NCBI GenBank assembly: GCA_965247075.1
Contig: CBDFGK010000001.1
Span: 1,322 to 65,321 of the forward strand
Reading direction: 5' to 3'
Length of the DNA: 64,000 nucleotides
DNA from: Halieaceae bacterium
GTDB taxonomy: Bacteria; Pseudomonadota; Gammaproteobacteria; Pseudomonadales; Halieaceae
Shown here: piece by piece, positions 46,998-56,364 of the stretch
Position numbering within the stretch: the stretch's first letter is position 1
Layout: every line of letters starts with the position of its first letter
Program-made: the position numbers and the translations under genes
The notes under the pieces: model-generated
Seen by the model: only the letters and a program-made list of their open reading frames with translations
Database searches by the model: none
Told to the model about the DNA's origin: nothing

Positions 46998-48701
46998 ATG
47001 TACAAAGTGTTGCGTGAAACCTGGGCTGAAATGACAGCGCCGGGACAGATGTTTGAGCTTACCGAGGTTGAAGTTGATGGCCAGAGCCTGAAGGCGTGGG
47101 CAACGGCAACAGGATCACTGCGCGACATCTGGACCATGACCGCGGGCCATGGCCAGGCCGATTATCTGGTGTATCAGGATGAGCGCTGGACCTATGAGCA
47201 GGCCCATGAAGAAGTGGCCAGGATAGCAGCATGGCTTATTGCCAATGGCATAGGCCGGCACGACCGCGTGGCGATCAATATGCGCAACTATCCGGAGTGG
47301 ATGTTGGCCTACTGGGCCATCGTTTCCATCGGTGCGGTGGTAGTGGGCATGAATGCCTGGTGGGTGCCTGAGGAAATGAAGTATGGCCTGCAGGACTCGG
47401 CGCCCAGGCTATTGATCTGTGATCGCGAGCGGCTGGAGCGCTTCGAATCCATTCGTGATGATTTTCAGGCTATGAAAGTGGTAACCGTGCGGGTTGATGA
47501 GGTGCCGGCCTGGGCCGTGCCCTGGTCCAGTGTATTGGCAACAGCGCCCGCCCTGCCAGAGGTCAGCATCGATCCAGATGACGACGCGTGCATCTTTTAT
47601 ACCTCGGGCACAACCGGCACTCCCAAGGGTGCGCAGCTGACGCACCGGGGCTGCGTGGCCAACCTGATGAGTCTGATGTTTGTGAACATGGCCCAGGCGG
47701 CGTGTGCCGCCAAACTGAAGGGAGAAACACCCGCCGACCCCACGGCCGGCGGTGGGCCGCAGATGGCCTCCATCATCGCGACCCCGCTGTTTCACGTCAC
47801 TGCCAATAACTGCCTGGCCCAGACGGTGACTATTGCCGGTGGCAAGTTGGTGCATATGTATAAATGGGATGCCGGCGAGGCGCTGCGGATTATTGAGGAA
47901 GAAAAAATCACCACCTTCACGGGTGTGCCGGTAATGATCCGCGAGATTATTTCTCACCCGGACTTCGCGCATCGTGATACGTCTACCTTGACGACATTGG
48001 GCGGCGGCGGGGCCGCTGTGCAACCTGATCTGGTGGAAAAAATTGAAAAATCCGCACGCGGTGCACGCCCCTCCCAGGGCTATGGCATGACCGAGGTGTG
48101 CGGCATTATCAGTGCCTCGGCGGGTGATTATTTTGTCGATAAGCCCACCAGTGCGGGCATCGTCATGCCGATTTTTGAGACCAGGTGTATCGATGAAGAC
48201 GGCAACACCCTGCCGCCGAGAGAAACCGGTGAGATCTGCGTCAAGGGCACACAGGTTATTAAGGGCTATTTGAATCGCCCGGAGGCCACCGCCGAAACCA
48301 TCGTCGACGGTTGGTTACACACCGGCGATATAGGCTATTTTGATGAGGACAATTTCGTCTACCTGGTTGATCGGGCCAAGGACATGGTCTTGCGCGGCGG
48401 CGAGAATGTGTACTGTAGCGAAGTTGAAATCGCCCTGTTCAAGCATGATGCGGTGGCCGAATGTGCAGTTTTTTCGGTTCCCGATGAGCGCCTGGGAGAA
48501 GCAGTAGGGGCCGCTATTTTTCCCGTGCAGGATACCACGCTGACAGCTGAGGAAGTGCGGGCGTTTTGCAAGGATCATCTGTCGTCCTTCAAGATTCCCC
48601 GCTACATCTGGCTTATGAGCGAGCCCTTGCCCCGCAATGCCAGTGGCAAGTTTGTGAAGCGAGAGCTACAGGAGAGCCTGCTGGTGTCTGACGCCGGCTA
48701 G
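46998..48701 (+). CDS. AMP-dependent acyl-CoA synthetase/ligase
   Basis: The AMP motifs are YTSGTTGTPKGAQLTHRG, QGYGMTE, GWLHTGDIGYFD and PRNASGKFVKREL. Confidence 0.92.
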   Translation: MYKVLRETWAEMTAPGQMFELTEVEVDGQSLKAWATATGSLRDIWTMTAGHGQADYLVYQDERWTYEQAHEEVARIAAWLIANGIGRHDRVAINMRNYPEWMLAYWAIVSIGAVVVGMNAWWVPEEMKYGLQDSAPRLLICDRERLERFESIRDDFQAMKVVTVRVDEVPAWAVPWSSVLATAPALPEVSIDPDDDACIFYTSGTTGTPKGAQLTHRGCVANLMSLMFVNMAQAACAAKLKGETPADPTAGGGPQMASIIATPLFHVTANNCLAQTVTIAGGKLVHMYKWDAGEALRIIEEEKITTFTGVPVMIREIISHPDFAHRDTSTLTTLGGGGAAVQPDLVEKIEKSARGARPSQGYGMTEVCGIISASAGDYFVDKPTSAGIVMPIFETRCIDEDGNTLPPRETGEICVKGTQVIKGYLNRPEATAETIVDGWLHTGDIGYFDEDNFVYLVDRAKDMVLRGGENVYCSEVEIALFKHDAVAECAVFSVPDERLGEAVGAAIFPVQDTTLTAEEVRAFCKDHLSSFKIPRYIWLMSEPLPRNASGKFVKRELQESLLVSDAG

Positions 48702-48713
48702 CAAGCGGTAAGC

Positions 48714-49715
48714 TCACAGCCCCTTGCGGTAGGTGTAGGGCGTTACGCCCGTCCAGCCTTTAAAGGCGCGAATGAAAGCGCTGGATTCAGAGAATCCGGC
48801 GCGGTGGGCGATTGCCTCGATACTCAATCCCTGCTTGCCCAGGTAGTGCAGGGCCACATCGCGCCGTACCTGGCCTTTCAGTTCTGAAAAGGAGGTGCCT
48901 TCCTTACCCAGGCGGCGACGCAGGGTTTGTGGGTGAATCTCCAACAGTGCTGCCACGTTATCCAGTTCGGGCATTTGCTCCAGGTCTTTGCGCAACATTC
49001 CCTTCACCTGTGCCGTCCAACTGGCACGCTCGTACTGCTGTGACAGCATTACCAGTGCGGGATGGCGCAGGTAGCGTGCCAGTGATTGTTCGTTCTGGGT
49101 GATTGGCATTTCAAGTAGTGACCGATTCAATACCATTTCCGTGCGGGGCTGATCAAAAAAAACCGGATTGCCCAGAAACATGGCTCGGTATTCTGACGCG
49201 TGTTCCGGTGCGGGGTGAGTGAAATTAAAAGCCAGCGTGGGCAGGTGTTCCTGTACCAGCCAACTGCAAAAACGGTGGCAATTGAACAGCGCCAGTTCGC
49301 CTGCATAGACATCGTGGGTGCCCGCTTCGCCCGCTTCATTGAGCCTGATGTTGACGCGATCTCCTGCCGGCACCAGTCGCGGTGCGGTGGAGTGTGGGAA
49401 CAGACCGAAGAAGCGACAGTAGCGCGCCAGTGCCTTGCCCAGGGTGTCACAGTGTATGACGGCGTAGCACATCATGGACCAGGTACCGATGGGCAGAGCT
49501 TGCCGGCCATAGCCCAGGCTTTCGTCGCCCATAGCCAGCATGGTGCTCACCTGTAGATCGGCAAAGCGCTCAATCGAGATGCGGGCATCGTCCTCGTCCA
49601 ACAGGCGTGGCGAAATGCGGTTGTCGCGCAGTAGTTGCACCGGGTCAAGACCTTTGGCCACAGCGTATTTGACTACGGCGCGGACGAATTGTACTGAAAT
49701 CGAGAGTTGTCGCAT
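48714..49715 (-). CDS. AraC-family transcriptional regulator
   Basis: The C-terminal double HTH is LSIEAIAHRAGFSESSAFIRAFKGWTGVTPYTYR. Confidence 0.9.
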   Translation of the reverse strand: MRQLSISVQFVRAVVKYAVAKGLDPVQLLRDNRISPRLLDEDDARISIERFADLQVSTMLAMGDESLGYGRQALPIGTWSMMCYAVIHCDTLGKALARYCRFFGLFPHSTAPRLVPAGDRVNIRLNEAGEAGTHDVYAGELALFNCHRFCSWLVQEHLPTLAFNFTHPAPEHASEYRAMFLGNPVFFDQPRTEMVLNRSLLEMPITQNEQSLARYLRHPALVMLSQQYERASWTAQVKGMLRKDLEQMPELDNVAALLEIHPQTLRRRLGKEGTSFSELKGQVRRDVALHYLGKQGLSIEAIAHRAGFSESSAFIRAFKGWTGVTPYTYRKGL

Positions 49716-49721
49716 AAACGT

Positions 49722-50603
49722 TCAGCGGCAGTCGTTCTGCAGCCAGTCCAATATCAGTTCGGTCAGTTGGATGCGGCTCCAGGAAAAGGAGTGGTCACCG
49801 GGAATAGTGAAGTGATGTAACTGGATGCCGGGTTCGCGCTTATAGGCGGCAACGGTTGGGTCAAACATGGATTCAGGCACCAGTACGACGTCGTTCTCGC
49901 CGACAATCATCAACACGGATTTACCACGCAGGCCCGGCGCAAAAGTTCGGGTATCCAGTTGCCAGGGTGGTGCAGACAGTAACTCTTCACGCATATGCTT
50001 GCCATCGAAGTTTCGCAACATAAACAGGCCGTCAGCATAATCCAGGAAACCGGTGGCATTGGGCTCCCCGGCGCGAATACCCTCAGCCATCAGACCCAGG
50101 TTGGCGGGGGCGAGCGCACCGACACAGGCCAGCCCCACGTCTTGTTGTGCAGCTGACAATGCTGCAAAGCCGCCCATGGAATGGCCCAGCAGCGACAGTT
50201 TACTGGCATCGATGCGATAGCGGGTGGTGTGGCTGCGCAAAAAACGCAGCGCTGCGGCGACATCGTCGGCCAGCGTGTTCAGGCTGTAATTCCCCTCACT
50301 GCCCCAGGCGCCACGATAGTGAAAAAACATCACATTGAAGCCCGCGCGGCGCACTACCTGGGCGATATCCAGGTTCTTTTCATTGCCGGGAAAGCCGTGC
50401 AGCAGAATCACTGTAGGATGCGGCCCCTTGCCGTTGGCCATATAGAGCAGGCCGGACAGGCGTGATTCACCGCTGAGAAATGTCAGTTCTTCAATGGACG
50501 GTGGAAACATCTGTTCCGGCACTGGATCGGTGGTCAACGGATTGCCGGCGGCCGATATTCCCAGGCTGTAGAGCACGATGAAAAGGCTTGGTATGGTGCG
50601 CAT
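49722..50603 (-). CDS. Secreted alpha/beta hydrolase
   Basis: It has a signal peptide, an HGFPG motif and the GHSMGG nucleophile elbow. Confidence 0.8.
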   Translation of the reverse strand: MRTIPSLFIVLYSLGISAAGNPLTTDPVPEQMFPPSIEELTFLSGESRLSGLLYMANGKGPHPTVILLHGFPGNEKNLDIAQVVRRAGFNVMFFHYRGAWGSEGNYSLNTLADDVAAALRFLRSHTTRYRIDASKLSLLGHSMGGFAALSAAQQDVGLACVGALAPANLGLMAEGIRAGEPNATGFLDYADGLFMLRNFDGKHMREELLSAPPWQLDTRTFAPGLRGKSVLMIVGENDVVLVPESMFDPTVAAYKREPGIQLHHFTIPGDHSFSWSRIQLTELILDWLQNDCR

Positions 50604-50755
50604 GGACTATCCCGTGAAACCGGATTGTACATCCTAAACCCCGCTGTCATTTTGGGTCAATTTATTTGTCGATGACCGTCATTGTTGGGAGGCAGCCCGC
50701 TCACCATACTGTGGGCCGCTCAAATGCACAGCAAATCTACCGCAGAGGTGAAAAA

Positions 50756-51931
50756 ATGTTGCCCAGAGAGTTTACCGAAGAGCAGAATATGTTTCGCGAT
50801 GCCTATCGCAAGTTCCTGGCGGCGGAAATTGTCCCCCACATGGAAGAGTGGCGTGCAGCAGGCATCGTCGATCGTCAGGCCTTCCGCAAGGCCGGTGAAC
50901 AGGGCTTGCTAATGGTGTGGCCGCAAGAGAAATACGGCGGAGTGGGCGACAATGATTTTCGTTTTGAACAGATCATCATTGAGGAAACCACTTACGCCCG
51001 CGCCGCGGATTGGTTTAACACCCTGCACAGCCGACTGGTAGGGCCCTATCTGACGCGCTTTGGCAACGATGAGCAGTGCGAACGTTTTTTACCTAAATGT
51101 GCATCGGGAGAGTGTGTGCTGGCGATCGCCATGACCGAGCCCGATGCGGGCTCCGACCTTGCCGGTATGCGCACTACCGCGATAGAGCAGGATGACCACT
51201 GGCTGCTCAATGGTTCCAAGACCTTTATTTCCAACGGTATTAACGCCGATCTGGTCATTGTGGCTGCAAAAACTGACCCCGCTAACAATCCCCATGCGAT
51301 GACACTGTTTCTGGTGGAAGCTGGTATGGAGGGATTTGAGCGCGGTCGCAACCTGCACAAGATGGGGCTCAAGGCCCAGGACACGGCGGAGCTGTTTTTC
51401 AACGATGTGACAGTACCCAAGAGCAATGTGCTGGGTGCGCCGGGCAAGGGATTCTATTATCTGATGGAAGGGCTGGCTGAGGAGCGTTTGTTGGGCGCTG
51501 CCGGGTATATCGCGGCGGCGCAGCTGAGCTATGACCTGACCGCAGACTATGTGAAAGAACGCAAGGCCTTTGGCAAACCGCTGGCAGCTTTTCAGAATAC
51601 GCAGTTTACGCTGGCAGAACTGCGCACCGAGCTGGATATAGCACAAACCTATGTGGATCAGTGTGTGCGTGCCTTTAATGCCGGCGCGCTGACTGACGTT
51701 GATGCGGCCAAGGCCAAATACCGGTGCTCAGAGCTGCAGGTCAAGGCGGCCGATATCGGCGTGCAGCTACACGGCGGCGCTGGTTATATGGACGAATACC
51801 CCATTTCCCGCCAGTATACCGATGCCAGGATTTCCACCATTTATGCGGGCACGTCAGAAGTGATGAAAATCATCATCAGCCGGGATTGCCTGGGTGATGA
51901 CTACCAACCGTTTAACACCCGAAACTTTTAA
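50756..51931 (+). CDS. Acyl-CoA dehydrogenase
   Basis: MLPREFTEEQNMFRD is the N-terminus. AMTEPDAGSD and a YAGTSEVMK tail are present. The start was moved to ATG 50756, which has an SD. Confidence 0.9.
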   Translation: MLPREFTEEQNMFRDAYRKFLAAEIVPHMEEWRAAGIVDRQAFRKAGEQGLLMVWPQEKYGGVGDNDFRFEQIIIEETTYARAADWFNTLHSRLVGPYLTRFGNDEQCERFLPKCASGECVLAIAMTEPDAGSDLAGMRTTAIEQDDHWLLNGSKTFISNGINADLVIVAAKTDPANNPHAMTLFLVEAGMEGFERGRNLHKMGLKAQDTAELFFNDVTVPKSNVLGAPGKGFYYLMEGLAEERLLGAAGYIAAAQLSYDLTADYVKERKAFGKPLAAFQNTQFTLAELRTELDIAQTYVDQCVRAFNAGALTDVDAAKAKYRCSELQVKAADIGVQLHGGAGYMDEYPISRQYTDARISTIYAGTSEVMKIIISRDCLGDDYQPFNTRNF

Positions 51932-51967
51932 TCTCAACCTTCGATAAGCAAAGACGGGAGCCATAGT

Positions 51968-52759
51968 ATGGACATTAAAGACAAGGTAGCAGTTGTAACC
52001 GGTGGAGCCTCTGGCCTGGGTTGCGCCACCGTCAAGCGATTGGTGGCAGCAGGCGGCAAGGTTGCCATCTTCGATATGAATGAAGAGAAGGGCAACGCCC
52101 TGGTGGCTGAGTTCGGTGACAGCGCGATTTTTTGTCAGGTTAACGTAACCGACGAAGACTCCGTAACAGCGGCAATTGCCAAGACTATGGACGCTTTTGG
52201 CGCCATCCATATCGATTGCAACTTTGCCGGTATCGGCAACGCGGTGCGCACCGTGGGCAAGCAAGGTGTGTTTCCCCTGGACGCGTTCAAACTGGTCATC
52301 GACGTCAACCTGATTGGCACCTTTAACGTGCTGCGCCTGTGTGCGGAGCAAATGCAGGCCAACGAGCCCTTTAACAAGGACGGCGGTCGTGGCGTCATTA
52401 TCAATACTGCCTCGGTAGCTGCCTACGAGGGCCAGATCGGCCAGGCTGCGTACTCTGCGTCCAAGGGCGGTGTGGTCGGTATGACGCTGCCTGTCGCGCG
52501 TGATCTGGCGGTACTGGGTATTCGTGTTAACACCATCGTACCGGGCCTGATAGCAACGCCGTTGATGATGGGCGGTGCCGAAGAGTTGACCCCGGAAATC
52601 TGGGAATTTCTCAAGCCGCTGGGTGAACAGGTGTTGTTTCCGAAGCGACTCGGTGACCCCGATGAAATCGCTCATCTAACGATGATGATGGTCGAAAACG
52701 ACTACATTAACGGCGAGTGTATTCGTATGGATGGTGGTATCCGGATGCAGCCTAAATAA
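51968..52759 (+). CDS. 3-hydroxyacyl-CoA dehydrogenase type 2 (HSD17B10-like SDR)
   Basis: VAVVTGGASGLG, YSASKGGVVGMTLP and NGECIRMDGGIRM motifs are present. Confidence 0.8.
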   Translation: MDIKDKVAVVTGGASGLGCATVKRLVAAGGKVAIFDMNEEKGNALVAEFGDSAIFCQVNVTDEDSVTAAIAKTMDAFGAIHIDCNFAGIGNAVRTVGKQGVFPLDAFKLVIDVNLIGTFNVLRLCAEQMQANEPFNKDGGRGVIINTASVAAYEGQIGQAAYSASKGGVVGMTLPVARDLAVLGIRVNTIVPGLIATPLMMGGAEELTPEIWEFLKPLGEQVLFPKRLGDPDEIAHLTMMMVENDYINGECIRMDGGIRMQPK

Positions 52760-52788
52760 GGGCTGCCGGCGAGCACAAGGAGAAAATC

Positions 52789-53922
52789 ATGGGCCCCTTG
52801 AACGGCTATACAGTAATCGAATTATCGGGCATTGGGCCAGCTCCCATGGGTGGGATGATTCTCGCTGATATGGGAGCCGAAGTAATACGTATCGAACGGG
52901 CCGGCGCGTGGAATCCACTCAAGTCCAGCGACATCAGCTTCCGCGGCAAAAAGTCAGTTGTGGTGAATCTGAAAGAATCCGAGGGTGTGGAGACCTTGCT
53001 GCGCATGGTGGAGAACGCCGATGTCTTGATCGACCCCTATCGACCGGGTGTCTGTGAAAAGCTGGGCGTGGGGCCGGATGAGTGTCTGCAGCGCAATCCC
53101 AAACTGATTTTTGCCCGTATGACCGGTTGGGGGCAGGAGGGTCCGCTGGCCAAGGCTGCCGGCCACGACATCAATTACATTGCCATAACTGGTGCCCTGT
53201 ACGCCACGGGACGCAAAGGTGCAAAGCCTGTGCCGCCCTTAAACCTGGTGGGCGATATGGGCGGCGGTGGCATGTTGCTAGTGAACGGCGTATTGGCGGC
53301 CTTGCTGGAAGCCCACAACTCGGGCAAGGGCCAGGTTATCGATGTCGCCATGGTAGACGGCGCCGCCCAGCTCATGTGGATGTTCCATGGTTTCCAGGCC
53401 GCCGGTGGCTGGGACGAGACTCAGCGCGAGTCTAATATGCTGGACGGAGCGGCACATTTTTACGACACCTATGAATGCGCCGATGGCGAGTACATTTCCA
53501 TCGGTTCCATCGAACCGAGGTTTTATGCCCTGTTGATAGAGAAGGCCGAGCTGGACCCAGCGGAGTTTGCCGACCAGCACAACCGCGCGCTCTGGCCGCA
53601 GTTGACGGCACGTTTAGATGAGATATTCAAAACCAAAACCCAGGCCCAGTGGTGCGAAATCATGGCCGGCACAGATGTATGTTTTGCGCCAGTGCTGAAT
53701 TTTATGGATGCCCCCAAACATCCCGCCAACGTGGCCAGAAACACCTACATCGAAGTCGATGGCATTACCCAGCCGGCGCCGGCGCCGCGCTTTAGCCGCA
53801 CCCCGGCCGAGGTTAGTCATGGTATCCGCGAGCTGGGAGCAGACACGGATGCAACCCTGACCGCCATGGGCTTTGCAACACAGGAAATTGCCGCCATGCG
53901 TGAGGCCGGCGTAATCGGGTAG
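52789..53922 (+). CDS. Family III CoA-transferase (CaiB/BaiF; alpha-methylacyl-CoA racemase-like)
   Basis: LNGYTVIELSGIGPAPMGGMILADMGAEVIRIER, GHDINYIA and GDMGGG motifs are present. Confidence 0.85.
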   Translation: MGPLNGYTVIELSGIGPAPMGGMILADMGAEVIRIERAGAWNPLKSSDISFRGKKSVVVNLKESEGVETLLRMVENADVLIDPYRPGVCEKLGVGPDECLQRNPKLIFARMTGWGQEGPLAKAAGHDINYIAITGALYATGRKGAKPVPPLNLVGDMGGGGMLLVNGVLAALLEAHNSGKGQVIDVAMVDGAAQLMWMFHGFQAAGGWDETQRESNMLDGAAHFYDTYECADGEYISIGSIEPRFYALLIEKAELDPAEFADQHNRALWPQLTARLDEIFKTKTQAQWCEIMAGTDVCFAPVLNFMDAPKHPANVARNTYIEVDGITQPAPAPRFSRTPAEVSHGIRELGADTDATLTAMGFATQEIAAMREAGVIG

Positions 53923-53949
53923 TCTTACATACGCACAGGAGACAGCACT

Positions 53950-54732
53950 ATGAGCAGTGAACAGAACGTCACCATTGAACGCAAAGGCCCGACAGCCATT
54001 GTTAGTTTTAACCGTCCCGAGAGCCTCAATGCCATCGAGGCGGGAATACGGGCGGAAATTCTCGCCGCGGCCAATGAGGTGAACGCTGACGACAGTATTC
54101 GTGTGGTGATTTTGACCGGCGCGGGGCGGGCCTTTTGTGCCGGTGCGGATCTCACCGAGAAGCAAGCGCCGGACTTTAGTGTTGAAGATATGCTCAACCG
54201 GGAATACAAACCTGCGTTGATGGCCATTACCAACGCGCCAAAGCCGTGGCTCAGCGCCGTCAATGGTGCCGCCGCCGGGGTCGGTAGTGCTTTTGCCATG
54301 AACTGTGATCTTACCGTGATGGCCGAAGACGCCTATTTCTACCAGGCATTTGCTGCTATCAGCTTGATTCCCGATGGGGGTTCGACCTGGCATCTGGCTC
54401 GCACGCTGGGTAAAAAGAAAGCCTACGAACTCATCGCTCTAGGGGAAAAACTCAAGGCGAATAAGTGCCTGCAGCTCGGTCTTTGTAACCGCGTGGTGCC
54501 CGCTGACAAGCTTATGGACGAGGCGCTGGCGCTGGCCACGGAGCTGGCGGGCAAGGCGCCCTTGTCGCTGCGCTACGCCAAGCAGACTGTTAATGCAGCC
54601 ATGACCGAAAGCGTCGACCAGACCATATCCAACGAAGCGCGCTATCAAGCCCTGTGTATAAAAAGTGCAGATGCTGTTGAGGGCGCCACGGCATTTATAG
54701 AAAAACGCACGCCCAATTTTCAGGGTAGGTAA
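53950..54732 (+). CDS. Enoyl-CoA hydratase/isomerase (crotonase family)
   Basis: FNRPESLNA, GAGRAFCAGADL and AVNGAAAGVGSAFAM motifs are present. Confidence 0.9.
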   Translation: MSSEQNVTIERKGPTAIVSFNRPESLNAIEAGIRAEILAAANEVNADDSIRVVILTGAGRAFCAGADLTEKQAPDFSVEDMLNREYKPALMAITNAPKPWLSAVNGAAAGVGSAFAMNCDLTVMAEDAYFYQAFAAISLIPDGGSTWHLARTLGKKKAYELIALGEKLKANKCLQLGLCNRVVPADKLMDEALALATELAGKAPLSLRYAKQTVNAAMTESVDQTISNEARYQALCIKSADAVEGATAFIEKRTPNFQGR

Positions 54733-54764
54733 AAAACAGTCGGGACACAGGAGAGGATAGGCGG

Positions 54765-54851
54765 GTGCGCGAAGAAATATTGTTGGCACAGAAGTCGGAC
54801 AACATTGCCACGGTGACATTGAATCGCCCTGCTGTGTCCCTGCAACAGTGA
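54765..54851 (+). pseudogene. 28-codon N-terminal stub of another crotonase-family gene
   Basis: A good SD (AGGAGAGGA) is followed by VREEILLAQKSDNIATVTLNRPAVSLQQ*. The ...VATVTLNRP... motif is then cut short. A second, weaker stub lies at 55001-55147. Confidence 0.45.
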
Positions 54852-55172
54852 AAATAGGTAACAGCCTGGTCGACCGGGGCCTACGATTGACAGGTCACAA
54901 CATATCAGTGTCCCGTATTTATCCCACGCCAGAAATTCTGGCAGCGACCGTCACTACCTTCGCAGCGGACAACTTCAGCCGCTGATAAAGGAGTCTTGTG
55001 ATGAGCGACTGCCAGACGATCATTGTAGAACAACGCGGTGCGGACCATGCCATTATTTCGTGTGAGAAACACGGCCCCCGTTCAGTATCATCTCGTATTG
55101 GAAGAGGCTGCCGGTTTACAAAGATTGTTAGACTGTTAGACTGCTAGCCACCCTCAAAGTATTGGATTCTGG

Positions 55173-55808
55173 ATGATTTCAGCAGCAGCACTGGACCGAT
55201 TACGGGCCGGTAACCGCCGATTTGTGGAGGGCAATCTCAACAGCGGGATTCTCGCCAGCCCGGCCCGTCGCAATGCGCTGATCAGTGATCAAAAACCCTT
55301 TGCCATTATTCTCGGTTGTTCCGATTCCCGGGTGCCTGGAGAGATAATTTTTGACCAGGGCCTGGGCGACCTGTTTGTCATTCGCGTTGCCGGCAATGTG
55401 GTGGCGCCCTCGCAGATTGGCAGTATCGAATATGCCGCTGAGCAGTTCGGATGTCATTTGGTGGTTGTATTGGGGCATTCAAATTGTGGAGCGGTTACCG
55501 CGACCCTGGAACAGTTGCAACGCCCGGACAAAAACCGTTCACGTAACCTGCGTTCTATTGTTGGCCGCATTCAACCCTCGGTAGAGGGATTGCTGCTAAC
55601 CGACGCAAGGCATGATCCAGAGCAACTCCTGCACGAGGCGGTTCGCGCTAATATACATGCCTCCGTCGAACAATTGCGACATGGCTCCGATATTCTGGAG
55701 AACCTTGTGCAGGATGGTGAATTGCAAATCGTTGGGGCCGAGTATTCCTTGAAAACCGGCATTATTGAGTTTTTTGAAAAAGAGATTGGCGATGGCATCA
55801 TTGATTGA
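55173..55808 (+). CDS. Beta-class carbonic anhydrase
   Basis: The Zn ligand motifs are CSDSRV and GHSNCGAV. Confidence 0.9.
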   Translation: MISAAALDRLRAGNRRFVEGNLNSGILASPARRNALISDQKPFAIILGCSDSRVPGEIIFDQGLGDLFVIRVAGNVVAPSQIGSIEYAAEQFGCHLVVVLGHSNCGAVTATLEQLQRPDKNRSRNLRSIVGRIQPSVEGLLLTDARHDPEQLLHEAVRANIHASVEQLRHGSDILENLVQDGELQIVGAEYSLKTGIIEFFEKEIGDGIID

Positions 55809-56355
55809 CGAGACTGATTACGGCCCCCTGGCTTGCCTGGTCGGGGTTTGGAAAGGCGGCGAAGGCATGGACGTGGCGCCTGAGCCCGATGATGACGAGC
55901 GCAATCCCTATTACGAAACCCTGATCTTTGCGGCGACCGCTGACGTGACCAATGCCGAGCAGCAAACACTTTCGGTGCTGCGTTACCATCAGGAAGTACG
56001 GCGAAAATCCAACGACAAGGTGTTTCACGACCAAGTGGGCTACTGGCTCTGGGATGCCACTACCGGTGAGATTGTGCAAACACTGAGCATTCCACGCGCG
56101 GTAAGCCTGCTGGCGAGAGGGACAGCGAGCGTGCAGGGTGATACCACTGTGCTGCAAGTATGTGCCGCTGTTGGTGACGAGCAATGGGGAATCATTCAAT
56201 CACCCTTCATGCAGGAGAAAGCGCCCGTTGTGGGATTTAGCCACCGGATTACCGTTACCGGTGACAGGCTCCAATACAGCGAAACCACCTTGCTGCATAT
56301 CTACGGGAAACAAAACCATGAACATACTGACGACAATGTTCTGCAACGTCAGTGA
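55792..56355 (+). CDS. Heme-binding beta-barrel (nitrobindin/THAP4-like, DUF1794) domain protein
   Basis: GPLACLVGVWKGGEGMDV...YYETLIF...YHQEV....VFHDQVGYWLWD is present. The probable start is ATG 55792, overlapping the carbonic anhydrase stop. Confidence 0.6.
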   Translation: MASLIDETDYGPLACLVGVWKGGEGMDVAPEPDDDERNPYYETLIFAATADVTNAEQQTLSVLRYHQEVRRKSNDKVFHDQVGYWLWDATTGEIVQTLSIPRAVSLLARGTASVQGDTTVLQVCAAVGDEQWGIIQSPFMQEKAPVVGFSHRITVTGDRLQYSETTLLHIYGKQNHEHTDDNVLQRQ

Positions 56356-56364
56356 GCGCCAGGC

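Noticed and set aside
51854-54393. Long minus-strand ORFs (51854-52675 at 273 aa, 53614-54393 at 259 aa); similar ORFs lie at 56200-56808 and 60158-60835
   Set aside because: Each lies antisense to a plus-strand gene with clear family motifs (HADH2, CoA-transferase, crotonase, carboxyltransferase, PhyH/DUF385). They have no recognisable motifs of their own.
55121-55150. Short tandem tgttagac-tgttagac-tgctagc motif upstream of the carbonic anhydrase gene
   Set aside because: There are only two and a half copies, and the motif lies inside a probable crotonase stub. Evidence is too weak to call it a regulatory repeat.
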